A stretch of DNA of 64,000 bases from Octopus vulgaris. Its lineage: Eukaryota. Positions 39,484-51,919 of this stretch are shown one piece after another. Position 1 is the first letter of the stretch; the number at the start of each line of letters is the position of its first letter. A program made the position numbers and the translations under genes. The notes below the pieces were generated by a model. The model made no database searches and was not told the DNA's origin. It saw only the letters and a list, made by a program, of their open reading frames with translations. The stretch covers positions 71,672,001 through 71,736,000 of the forward strand of contig OX597823.1 in assembly GCA_951406725.2 (NCBI GenBank). Reading direction: 5' to 3'.

Positions 39484-39641
39484 GTTACTTCTCTGAATCA
39501 CAAATACTTTCGAACCCACCTAGAAGATAGTTTGTCTGCTGGTCGACCATTATTGATTGAAGATATAGAAGAAGAACTTGACCCAGCATTGGATAATATC
39601 CTAGAAAAAAAAATGTTATCAAAATTGGTACCAATTACAAG
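39484..39641 (+). CDS. DNAH5: Dynein exon 8 (AAA5), with an apparent frameshift in an A9 run
   Basis: aacag|GTT; [42 protein letters not shown], then [10 protein letters not shown] in a shifted frame; AAG|gtaggt donor; length 158 nt between phase-0 neighbours. Confidence 0.9.
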
Positions 39642-39977
39642 GTAGGTTTAAGTAACATTTAGTTCCACTGGATTGTGATCTTTGGTCAAAGACCTTTTTG
39701 TCCGAAACAGTAATAGTGGGCAGGAATTTGGGTTTCATTGTTCTGATTTTTGATTTTACTGTTTTGGGTTCAAATTTAGTTCAGAGTTCAAATCCACTTT
39801 AATTCTCTACTTCTGTATACTAATATATTAGTTATCATTACCCTAAAGTTAATTATAATAAATATATTCTCATGGTTGTGTGGTAAGTAGCTGAATTCAG
39901 TCCCACTGCATGGCATCTTGGGCAAGTGTCTTCTACTGTAGCCTCAGTGGATTTGGAAACTGAAGGAAGCCCATCGT

Positions 39978-40000
<23 letters not shown>

Positions 40001-40008
<8 letters not shown>

Positions 40009-40187
40009 AATATGTTACATTACTCGATAGTCAAGATAAAACTCTGAGTTTCAGATGCCGAAGTGGGAATCCAGAGTTTTATCTTGACTATCGAGTAATG
40101 TAACATATTATTGTATAGATAAATTTCCTCTATTTACATAATATTGAGGTCTCTTTCTTTCTTTTGTTATCTTACCGTTTTACCAAT
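40001..40187. mobile_element. Hairpin-plus-tail insertion in the (TA)n of a family C SINE
   Basis: Perfect 46-bp inverted arms 40001-40046 and 40072-40117, 25-nt spacer, about 70-nt tail to (TA)n. Confidence 0.8.
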
Positions 40188-41980
40188 ATATATATATATA
40201 TGTGTATGTATATATTTGTGTTTGTGTCTATGTTTGCCTCTGCACCATTGCTTGACAACTGATGATGGTGTGTTTATGTCCCTGTAACTTAACAGTTCAA
40301 CAAAAGAGACTGATAGAATAAGTACCAGGCTTACAAAGAATAAGTCATGGGGTTGATTTGTTCGACTAAAGGCAGTGCTCCAGCATGGCTGCAGTCAAAT
40401 AACTGAAACAAGTAAAAGAATAAAAGAATATCCTTTTCTGTCCCAGAGGGGAATATACATATGCCATGGAAACCAGGAAACTGGCCTTATGGGCTTTCTA
40501 TTTCTCTAATCTACCCATAAGGCTTATGTTGACCTGTAGCTTTAGTATAAGACATTTACTCAAATTGTCATGCAGTAGAATTGAACTCAAAAATCATATG
40601 ATGGAGAGCAAGCTTCTTTACTTCTGATCCATTCCTAAGTCTGTGGGTGTGTGTGTATGTATGCGTATATTTATGTGTGTGTGTGTGTATGTATAAATTT
40701 ATATCATAAAGTGAAAGGGAACGCATGCTGAGTACTATATAAATATGCATTCATACACATGCACATACTCTTTTTCTCTTTTCTCTTTTAATTGTTTCAG
40801 TCATTTGACTGCGGCCATGCTGGAGCACCGCCTTTAGTCGAACAAATCAACCCCAGGACTTATTCTTTGTAAGCCCAGTACTTATTCTATCGGTCTCTTT
40901 TGCCGAACCGCTAAATTACGGGGACGTAAACACACCAGCATCGGTTGTCAAGCAATGCTAGGGGGACAAACACCGAAACACACATACATATATATATATA
41001 TACATATATACAACAGGCTTTTTCCAGTTTCCGTCTACCAAATCCACTCACAAGGCATTGGTCGGCCCCGGGCTATAGCAGAAGACACTTGCCCAAGATG
41101 CCACGCAGTGGGACTGAACCCGGAACCATGTGGTTGGTTAGCAAGCTACTTACCACACAGCCACTCCTGCATCCACAAATTTGTACTTATTATAAGTAGG
41201 ACCACATTTGCATATTTGCATTAATGGGAGTGGCCTATATGCTGTCTTTACATTTTAGCAGAAATTGCTTTAGAGACTGATCATTTAAGTTTGAATATTA
41301 ATTACGTAATATAAATCAATTGTAACATGATTTATCTCCAACTCCGTTCGCTGTCTTGTTGGTTGTATTTACATAGATCTGCTGCTTGCTTTTCTTTTGC
41401 TCTCTGTTGACATTACTACTGCTGTTTATATTTACCTAACGAAACAATGTAATGTGCTGCTTACAAGTGTTAATTACTCAGGTGGTTGACTCATGGAGAC
41501 ATTCTTTATGCATACAACTTGACTTTTAGCAGGGCTCCTGATAAACTAAATTAATCCTCTGATTTTCAAAATTGCTATTGAGCTAACTGACATGCTGTCT
41601 TAGCTAATATAGGACAAATCTCTTTTGTTACTATTGTCGCTGATATTTGTGGAATTATTTTTAGGTGCTGTTTAAGTTTACAAGGGTTATCTAGTGTGTC
41701 CAAAACTATACTGATTTTAGAACTTACATAAAAATAATTCAAATAAATTTAGATTAATATGTGACCTGCTGTTTTAATATTAATTTTTAAGCTGAGTGCC
41801 AAACGTATTTGCATTAATAAAAGCAAACAGCCTCTTGGTTATCTTTCTGTATTTACAGATATCGCTTTAGAGAAAATCATTTAGATTAAAACATTAGTTG
41901 TAACATGATTTGAATTTAAAACCTGTATCAAGAGAGGTACATTCATTACTGAGATATTAATCTTAGAACTAGTCTTAGAA

Positions 41981-42400
41981 TTAGTCTTTAAATTTATGCA
42001 ATATCACAGCTCCTATACTATATTCACTGGCATCCGATGCCACAATTACTTTCAGATTTGGGTCGAAATGAGTTAATGATAACTCTGATGTTAACCACTT
42101 TTTTAATTCCTCAAATGATTTCTGACATTCATTTGTCCAGCCCCATTTTGAGTCCTTCTTTAGCAACTTATTCAACGGAGCTCTTAGCTCATACATTTTA
42201 GGTATGTAAAACTGGTAATAACTTACCAAACCTAAAAATGCTTGTAGTGTTGTTTTGTTAGTGGGAGCTGGCATTTTTTTTTATCGCGTCGATCCTAGAA
42301 GGATCTGGCTTTCGTCCGTTTTCATCGATCACCTGTCCTAAGTACTTTATTTTTGTCAAGAAAGATTCACATTTATCCTCCCTTACTTTGAACACTATAA
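41981..42400 (-). mobile_element. Ty3/gypsy pol fragment (reverse transcriptase end, connection, RNase H start)
   Basis: IKYLGQVID...PDPSRIDAI, then after a frameshift PAPTNKTTLQAFLGLVSYY...LTHFDPNLKVIVASDASEYSIGAVI. Confidence 0.9.
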
Positions 42401-43263
42401 GTTTTCTTTGTATATTTAAGTGTAAGTGTGATTGCTTAAGACTTATAAAACTGAAACAAATAAGTTCTTGTGAGTTCTTGTACATTTGTGTAGATTATAT
42501 TGTTGAACAAGCCACAACATATTAATTTTTTTTGTTTCATTCAGTGACAGCATCTCCAAACACCAGTGTCAAGTAGGATTCATTGCTATCAAATATATTT
42601 TCAACTTCATTTCTATCTTCAGAAAGCTTATCTTCATATATATTTCTATCAAGGCTAAATATCTAAGCATCAACTTCAGGTTACAATTATAAAAGGTATG
42701 GAGTATTTTATGAGAAACTAAAAAAAAACAGAAAATAATAAAGAACACCTACCAGCAAGAATGATGTCTAGTGTCTGGAATGCCAAAGTTTGCTCAAATT
42801 TAAAAATTTACATTTACTACATCGTATTAAATAAATAATTATAGGGGTCTTTGATGAGTATTCTATTGAACATACCATGGGTCAAGAAGAAATAACTACA
42901 GTGTACATTGTGAGAAAGGTTTCCTTTTCCATGTTTCATCAATATTTCATCAGCCAGCATATATATTTATCAACCAGAATAAAAGTCAGAATTTTCATGG
43001 TACCAAAAGGTCTTGGAGGCTAAATGCCTGATGTCAAATAAATCAACATTAAATCAGTGATGCCAAATAGGTGGGATTAAATATTGCAATGATTCTAATC
43101 CATTGTGTCAATTTTTTCTACCCTTAATAAACATGATGTATACTATAACTCTGCAACAATCTGGTGTCCTGTCTGTAAATAATATGCCAGGGAAGCGATG
43201 AAACTGGCTGTATGGTCCTTAAAGAATAATGTGGACTAACCATAATTCAATGCTTAATTCCAG

Positions 43264-43446
43264 GTGAAAATTGGTGACAAAGAAGTAGACTATGACAAAT
43301 ACTTTCGCCTGTACATCACTACCAAATTGTCAAATCCTGCATATACCCCTGAAATTTCTGCCCGCTCCTCTATTATTGATTTCACTGTTACTTTAAAAGG
43401 ACTCGAAGACCAGCTTCTTAGCATTGTTATCGTAAAAGAGAAACAG
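43264..43446 (+). CDS. DNAH5: Dynein exon 9 (AAA5)
   Basis: ttccag|GTG; [61 protein letters not shown]; gtaaac; 183 nt. Confidence 0.95.
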
Positions 43447-44530
43447 GTAAACTTATTTCCTTTTTATTTTGCACTGAGTGCATGTGATTGTATTTAGGGA
43501 AATGTTTCACTTCCCTTTAAGCTGCTGTTTTTGTGGGGGAAAAAAAAGAATGAATTTTACAACATCCAATCCCTCATTAATCTGAACTCAATTGGATCAA
43601 TTTACAGGTGAGAATTGTGATATATGTCATCAAATCAGAAAATATAGCTATTTATTTATGGATGGAGGTAAGGGACACAGTCACCCTAGGTGCAAGTGTG
43701 AAGGAATGCAAACGTCCTCTGGTTTACAGTTCTTGTTAATTAAAATCAGGAACCAAAAATCTTTTTGATTTTGGGTACTGAGAATCCTTACTACACCACT
43801 GACACTATTGATCTTAGAAACATAAGTATTAGTTTCAAGTTTTAGCACAAGGCCAGCAATTTCAGGGGAGGAGGTATGTCAATTACCTCAACCCCAGTAC
43901 TCAACTGGTACTTATTTTATTGACATTGAAAGGATGAAAGGTAATGTCAACCTTGGTGGAATTTGAACTCAAGAACATGAGGACAAATGAAATGGTGCTA
44001 AGCATTTCTACCCAGCATGCTCTCACACGGCGGAAGTGAACCTGGAACCATGTGGTTGGGAAGCAAACTTCATACCACCCAGCTATGCCTTGATAAATAT
44101 AATGATTTCTTAATGGATCAACTAACCAATCAGGAAAGGAGCAGAAGGGGGAGACACAACTGACCACTGAATGTAGTAGAATCACTTAAGAGCAGGTGGT
44201 TATTTTATTTGTTTACAGGGTTGAGGTAATGTTTTCTCAATGGATATTGGAGCAGAAAGAGATATCATTAATGGCATTAGTATCTATGTTTGATGCATTG
44301 AGAGTATCACATTAGTGTTTTATTTCTGATTTCTGAGTTATTAAATTGAACCAATCAATCATTGTTCAATAACAAATTATTGATTTACAGCAGAGTTTTG
44401 ATGGCAATATCAGATTTATAATAAAAGCAAGAGATTTGTAATGTGAAATGTTTTATGTCCTGTGTGACAGTAACTTTTAATGAATTGGTCTCTGGAGGAA
44501 AGGACTGTGTCTGCCAAGACCTGTGAGATT

Positions 44531-44984
44531 AAGGTGGCGAGCTAGCAAAAACGTTAGCATGCCGGGCAAAATGCTTAGCAGTATTTCGTCATTGTTACGT
44601 TCTGAGTTCAAATTCCGCCGAGGTCGACTTTGCCTTTCATCCTTTAGGGTCGATAAAGTAAATACCAGTTATGCACTGGGGTCAATGTAATCGACTTAAT
44701 CCCTTTGTCGCTCCTTGTTTGAACCTTCTATGTTTAGCCCCTTGTGGGCAATAAAGAAATAAAAAATGTTAGCATGCTGGGCAAAATGCTTAGCAGTATT
44801 TTGTCTACTGTTACGTTCTGAGTTCAAATTCCGCCGAGGTTGACTTTGCCTTTCATCCTTTCAGGGTCAATAAAGTAAGTACCAGTTACGCACTGGGGTC
44901 GATGTAATCGACTTAATCCCTTTGTCTGTCCTTGTTTGTCCCCTCTATGTTTAGCTCCTTGTGGGCAATAAAGAAATAAGAAAA
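44531..44984 (+). mobile_element. SINE family B tandem dimer within a single 15-bp target duplication
   Basis: aagacctgtgagatt at 44516-44530 and 44985-44999; second monomer lacks the first head nucleotides. Confidence 0.88.
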
Positions 44985-45465
44985 AAGACCTGTGAGATTG
45001 ATGTGGTTATTGTTCCTCTTAAAGAGCTACAACATGGCCAGCAGAGTGACTTCTAGAGAAATGATGTTTTGGGGATTAAGAATTGTGTGAAGTGATTAGT
45101 GTAGTGTTTGAGTGGTGAACAAAGTATGGGAAGAGAGTGGAATGACTCAGGTGTGCTTCGGTATAAGTGGTACAAGATTATGAAGCAGGTATACCTGTAG
45201 AAGTGATAGAATAAGCAACAAGATGTTTCAACCACGAGGAAAAAAGCTGCACTGTACTGGAGAGTACAATTTGATGATATTTTGTGCTGATGCAACATAG
45301 GATATAGAGATATCCTATGTGCAACAACAGCAGCAATATCCTAGATATAGAAGCAGTATTCCATTATGGATCACAATTGAATTTTGTAATGGGTTAATAG
45401 CTGTTGACAGCTGAAGCATGGTCTTGCTATAAAGAAGAAAACCAGTCATTTTGACACAGTTTTAA

Positions 45466-45659
45466 CCCTTCCGATACCAACCCGGCTGAAACCGCCTCTA
45501 GCTCTGTAGTACAAATGTTTTGTTTTCATAAGTTTTGAATTAAAATCTTTCACCAACTTTAGTCATGATAAATAAGTTATTTTACTAAATTCTTTGTTAT
45601 ATTTAAAATCAATTGAAAGAATCACAGAACATCTCAAAATAAATACTGTAACGAAAGGG
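45466..45659. mobile_element. piggyBac-like MITE
   Basis: TTAA|CCCTTCCG...CGAAAGGG|TTAA. Confidence 0.85.
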
Positions 45660-45899
45660 TTAAACCTGAAACCAACAGTAGTGATCCTCAGTAGTTGTGA
45701 GTCGTAACATTTGTAGCATCCTTGAGGGTCCTAGTGTCATGCTGGCCATGTTTAGCAGTACCAGGTATGATATTATTTTCTTACTATGCATAGTGATTGA
45801 TTCTTTCTGCTGTTGGAAGCAAGAATTTGCATGGCTCTATAGGGGACCGTTTGTGAGGTCTAAATTCTTGGAATCTTTATGTTTTTGTGGTATTGTCTG

Positions 45900-47700
45900 T
45901 GTAGGAGATTCATATGTCAAACTTAGTCAAATACAATAACACTATTTTTATCAGAACTCTCAAGGACATAGGACAGCAATGGACCTGTCTTTGTGGAAAC
46001 TATACCCATATGCATTAAGTAGGGAGAGAGACTGAAGATAGTGGAGAATGTAGTTATTTATGACAGATTGGAACTGTTAATAATTTGCAAGGTCAGAGGG
46101 GTTGTTTGTCTTGAGAATAGGTTACAATATTGTATGTTTCCAAGGATCGGAATAAATCCTGGTAAAGAAGAAAGAGAATGGAGTGTTAGGTGAGGATAGG
46201 GATTGGCTTTGCAGCACATTTGTTTAAGGGTAATGAAGGGAACAGTTTTAGAACTAGTACTTTGTAGCTTTTATTTCCTTGAAGAGACAAATAATTTCTT
46301 ATTGGTTTACCACTTTCTAGAAAGGAAATTGGGAGTGAAACAGAATAATTACAAACTGGAACTGAAAAATCACAAATTACTTTACTTGTAGAGTGTCAGC
46401 AGCTGGTGGAAGCTGAAATATTTTTTGGCCCTGAGGAAGAGGGCTAATCTTTGGGATGTGGACATGGTTATATGAAGGATTAGCTTTCATTTGAGCAGTT
46501 CCCCTATGAGAGTATAACCCAGCATTTGCTGTAACTGTGAGAGCTTTAGCCTAGTGCTGCTTATGTTTAGAGGGGATGAGGTAGAGTTTCTTCTTAGTAT
46601 AAGCAGTGCTTGAATTGTTTTTTGCTGCTAGAAGGGAATGAAAGGTTATGTCATATGCATAAGAGTAGGGATTTTGGGACGAAGTGACAATAAAGTCGTT
46701 GATGTATGGAAGAAAGAGAATGAGGAATAAATCTGAACTATGGGCACTATCAGAGTTGATTGAGAATGGAACGGAAAGAGCTACATCAACAGAAACCACA
46801 ATAGTGTGATCAGACTGGGAGCTACCAATTCAAGAGAGGGAAAATGGATAAGGCCTGTAGGAGAACAGTTGTGATTGGAGATTTGTATGCCAGACACAGT
46901 CAATGCTTACTCTTTACTCTTTACTCTTTTACTTGTTTCAGTCATTTGACTGTGGCCATGCTGGAGCACCGCCTTTAGTCGAGCAAATCAACCCCGGGAC
47001 TTATTCTTTATAAGCCCAGTACTTATTCTATCGGTCTCTTTTTTGCCGAACCGCTAAGTGACGGGGCTGTAAACACACCAGCATCGGTTGTCAAGCAATG
47101 CTAGGGGGACAAACACAGACACACAAACACACACACACACATATATATATTTACATATATACGACAGGCTTCTTTCAGTTTCCATCTACCAAATCCACTC
47201 ACAAGGCATTGGTCAGCCCGGGGCTATAGCAGAAGACACTTGCCCAAGATGCCACACAGTGGGACTGAACCCGGAACCATGTGGTTGGTTAGCAAGCTAC
47301 TTACCACACAGCCACTCCTGCGCTTGTTTAGGTTGTTGATTATTTAGAGCAACAAAATTGTTTTTGCCAAACTTCTCTAAAGTGAGAATCCAGTGGTGAG
47401 TGATGTTAGAGGGTTGGTCTCCAATAGATCTGGCTCTGCAGAAGCCATAATGGTGGTCACTGAAAAGAGAGATAAAGTTTCAAGGTGTAGGAGAACACCA
47501 TTGTTAATGGCTGCAGCATGCTTCCAAATGATTGAGTAATTCTCAATAGAAAGTGAAAGATCAATTAGTATGGTGAGTGTAGGAGCATGTTCTGGGCAGT
47601 AGTACTTGTGTATAATGGGAGGTACATTGTCAGGGGACTGGTAGACATTTTTGTTTGAAGCAATTAAAAGTAAGTTAAATTCAAGATTGAAATAAAATTT
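45900..47700 (-). mobile_element. Highly degenerate non-LTR retrotransposon (reverse transcriptase region), interrupted by a family C SINE
   Basis: LFLPYINDF...YSYAYDITFH (YADD-like) at 46551-46799; SPDNVPPII...CPEHAP...WKHA at 47377-47718; boundaries approximate. Confidence 0.6.
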
Positions 47701-47813
47701 GAATACTGTATTGAACAAGATAAAATAATTTAGATATTAGTAAAACATCTGATTACAGAATGCTGTGTTCAAGTTAAATAAATTTCTTTTAATTTCACAT
47801 CATCTGTTTCCAG

Positions 47814-48057
47814 GAATTAGAAAGTGAAAGGACAAAAATGCTGGAAGAAGTTACATCAAATAAGCGTAAAATCCAGGAATTAGAGGATGCCTTACTCCAC
47901 CAGTTGACATCTACAGAAGGTTCCCTTGTTGAAGATGAATCTCTGATACAGGTGTTGGAGAATACTAAAACTACAGCAGCAGATATTGCAGAAAAGCTCA
48001 GGGTTGCAGCAGAAACAGAAATCATGATAAATGCTGCCAGAGAAGAATTCCGGCCAG
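47814..48057 (+). CDS. DNAH5: Dynein exon 10 (strut/buttress region)
   Basis: ttccag|GAA; [28 protein letters not shown]...[10 protein letters not shown]; G|gtaaat, phase 1. Confidence 0.95.
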
Positions 48058-48186
48058 GTAAATTAAAGAGCGTAGGTTCGAAACGTAAAAGACTTGTTTT
48101 ATTTCTATTCTTGAGCGCCATACTGATACAATTGTTTGTTTGTACTCCACCTGCCTTCGTCTTTTGTTTATTTTCGTAAACCTTCC

Positions 48187-48235
<49 letters not shown>

Positions 48236-48338
48236 ATGATGATGATATACATACACAAAAATACAATTATATTTAAGTATTTATGTGTCCATGCAATATC
48301 ATACTTACAGCTATTCAATATTATTTATTACTTTACAG

Positions 48339-48644
48339 TTGCATCACAAGGCAGTATTGCTTACTTTGTCATTGTGGAAATGAGTTTAGTGAATGTGATG
48401 TACCAAACATCACTGAAACAGTTCCTGGGAATATTTGATTACTCCATTAAGAAATCTGCCAAGTCACCGGTCACATCTAAACGTATAATGAACATTATCG
48501 AACACTTTACCTTCAAGATATTCTCATACACCTGCCGTGGTCTGTATGAACGAGATAAGTTTCTGTTTACTCTTCTCCTCACAATCAAGATTGCCATTGC
48601 TTCAGGAGCTATCACACCTTTGGAATTTGATACATTTATTAAAG
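48339..48644 (+). CDS. DNAH5: Dynein exon 11
   Basis: ttacag|TT; [30 protein letters not shown]...[15 protein letters not shown]...FDTFIK; G|gtaaga. Confidence 0.95.
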
Positions 48645-48802
48645 GTAAGAAACATTATTTTCATATTCAACTTCGTTTTTATTGGTTTCTTGGAAGGTTC
48701 TGTGCCTATGAATTTTGCAGTCCCTCCAAGAGAAATGTGCAAATAGATCACAAGGGGGATTCAAAAATGGTGCATTCTGAGAAGGAAGGACTAGATATAG
48801 TA

Positions 48803-49357
48803 TTGGGTTGTCCGGAAATTTCATACCAATTTTTAAAGGAAAGAAAAAGCTCAATAAATACTTGCCATTACATTTTTAATCAACCAAATATGAACCATTT
48901 TGTTGCACAATGCGTCTCCATCTTTCCTTTAACTTGAAAATATCCTCTTCCAAGAACTGAGTGGTTTCTTGGCAAACAATTCATCAAGGTATCTTTTTAC
49001 GTCATCCAAGGAATTGAAATTTTTACCATTAAGACTATTCTGCAGAGACCTGAATAAGTGGAAATCTGAAGGAGCAATATCTGGTAAATATGGAGGGTGG
49101 GGTAATACATCCCAACCGAGCTGCAGCAATTTTTGTCTGGTTCCCAAAGCATCAAGTGCCGAAAATGAACTTTCTTTTAAAGTGTTACAGAATTAACACA
49201 GGTTATATGAACATAAACCTTCTTCCACGAAAAGATAGCTTAAACTGTGTTCTAAATGGAGGTGTAGTTAAACCCTATTTTATGGACTCAACCATGTTCT
49301 AAAGTAAGTCGAAAGGTAAGCTACTATAAATCGGCACGAACTTTCTGGACAACCCAA
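48803..49357 (-). mobile_element. Mariner internal-deletion derivative with both terminal repeats
   Basis: TA|ttgggttgtccggaaa...tttctggacaacccaa|TA; WDVLPHPPYLPDIAPSDFHLFRSLQ motif. Confidence 0.9.
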
Positions 49358-51779
49358 TAGTTCGTGCAGGGCCAGTAAAGTGGACACAATATGCATGCTG
49401 AAAGGAGATATGTGTAACTTAGGAGTAGCTGAGTGGCAATGGGATTGGCCACCTTCAAGGAGAAGAGGGCACTATAATAGTGGCTGAAAAGAGAATTGAG
49501 ATAGATATTAATAACTTGTAAGGACACAGCATTTTTTATGCAACCATAATATTTTGTCGAGTGTATTAAACATTTTTAAAAGTCAGTACCATGTTCTACT
49601 AAGTTAGCAGTGTGCTTTACATAGGTTATCTCTACAATATAGCCAGCACTGATTTTTGTTACGTGCTTGTTATAATTTCAATAGAATATCTGCAGAGATA
49701 ACCTTAAGAATTAATGGAGACAGAATATCTGTGTATATTGGTGATTGCATATCAGTCAGGTGACCTTTCTTTGTATACAGTCTAGGATATCCGAGATGTG
49801 GTGGGAACATTATTTCTTGTAGATCTTCCCTAAGCTTTTTTGAGGAGTTGTTACCATGTAATATGAGTGTTTGCAAGGAATGGTGCTCGATGATGGTGAG
49901 GTCTAGTATATGTAATGACCATGAAAATGGTGTGAGATGTTCATTTTTGTTGGTGGGTGTTTCCATTACTTTTCAGATGTTGGAAGTGGGTCTTTCCTTC
50001 TTATCCATTATAGGAAGCACAAGCACTTTCATACACATGTACACATACGATGGAGGTTTCTGCCTACAAAATTCAATCACAAGGCTTCGATCGACCCATG
50101 GCTATAACAGAAGACACTTGCCCAAGGTGCCATACAGTGGGACTGAACCTGAAACCATATGGCTGAGAAGCAAGCTTTGTAACCATACAGCCATGCCTGC
50201 AATGGGTGGATAATAGTTTGTGGGACCACATAGGTTTCCCTTCTTGGAAATGAACACAAAGAATTGTATATAGTTTTAACAGCAACATGGCACAGTGGGA
50301 GGTAGTATCTCGAGGTATTTTTGTACAGTTGTGGATTACATGTGTGACATAATTGATGGAAGAGTGACATGACTGACACTTGCATTTGCATCTTGGGAGT
50401 TTAAGTGCTTCATTGTCCTGTTAATCCGTCAGATATTCTGTAACCATCTCCTGCTCTTCCATTGCACAACCATAAACTTTGATATACAGTCACAAGTCAA
50501 AGAGTCAGAGAGGTTTTGCATCATGTTAATACTCTCCTCCTCCCTGCAGAATGTTTCTCTTCCAAGTATTTGATGAAGTATACTCTTTTACTCTTTTTAC
50601 TTGTTTCAGTCATTTGACTGTGGCCATGCTGGAGCACCGCCTTTAGTCAAGCGAATCGACCCCAGGACATATTCTTTGTAAGCCTAGTACTTATTCTATC
50701 GGTCTCTTTTGCTGAACCGCTAAGTTACGGGGACATAAACACACCAGCATCGGTTGTCAAGCAATGTTGGGAGTACAAACACAGACACAGAAACATATAC
50801 ACACACATACATATATACATATATATATATACATATATACGATGGGCTTCTTTCAGTTTCCATCTACCAAATCCACTCACAAGGCTTTGGTCGGCCCGAG
50901 GTTATAGTAGAAGATACTTGCCCAAGGTGCCACGTAGTGGGACTGAACCCGGAACCATGTGGTTTGTAAGCAAGCTACTTACCACACAGCCACTCCTACA
51001 CCTAGGTAGGTTAGTCCTTCACTTCTGGGTTCACATAAAAAGTCATCAGAAGCTGAATTCCCTTGTGAAGTTCATTACCAGCCTGCAGTATGTTATTCCC
51101 TTCATTTTTGAGCACTTGCTTGATGCATTTTATTTTCTGTCACTGTCTTGTAGATGTCAATCTCAGTGATGTCATACATGGAAACATAGACTGTACTGAG
51201 TGTTAAGCCAATTCCTTCTTTTTTATTTTTCTGAGATAGGCGTAGGAGTGGCTGTGTGGTAAGTAGCTTGCTTACGAACCACATGGTTCCGGGTTCAGTC
51301 CCACTGCATGGCACCTTGGGCAAGTGTCTTCCACAATAATCTCGGGCCAGCCAAAGCCTTTTGAGTGAATTTGGTAGACGGAAACTGAAAGAAGCCCATC
51401 GTATATATATATATGTATGTGTGTGTCTGTGTTCATCCTCCCAACATCACTTGACAACTGACGCTGGTGTGTTTACGTCCCCATAACTTAGTGGTTTGGC
51501 AAAAGAGACCGATAGAATAAGTACTAGGCTTACAAAGAATAAGTCGTGGGGTCGATTTGCTCGACTAAAGGTGGTGCTCCAGCATTGCCACAGGCAAATG
51601 ACTGAAACAAGTAAAAGAGTAAAGAGTAAGAGTATATAGTCCATTAGTATCATTTATTCTTTGAAAGCTTGGAGTTGATACCTAGATATTGCAAGTTTTA
51701 ATGTCAATGGAGAAGATTTCTTCTTTAGAACAGTCAGAATAAAGGAAAGTTTATCGAAGCATAAAATTTCTCATTGTAG

Positions 51780-51919
51780 GAGGAGCAGCTCTCGATTTGA
51801 ATGCTGTCCAACCAAAGCCAAAGAAGTGGATCTCAGATATGACTTGGCTTAATTTGGTGACTTTGAGTAACTTACCACAGTTTGGACAGATTCTTGGACA
51901 GGTGTCAAGAAATGATAAG
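51780..51919 (+). CDS. DNAH5: Dynein exon 12
   Basis: ttgtag|GA; [47 protein letters not shown]; AAG|gtgaga. Confidence 0.94.

Noticed and set aside
41265-41915. Possible LTR pair beside the gypsy fragment (gctttagaga...ttgtaacatgattt twice)
   Set aside because: The similarity is short and gapped, both copies lie on one side of the pol fragment, and I could not place a primer-binding site or polypurine tract.
47795-48256. 153-aa minus-strand ORF
   Set aside because: Antisense shadow of exon 10.
48140-48937. 265-aa ORF as a standalone protein
   Set aside because: Exon 11 read through into (TA)n and a mariner remnant; splice sites delimit 48339-48644.
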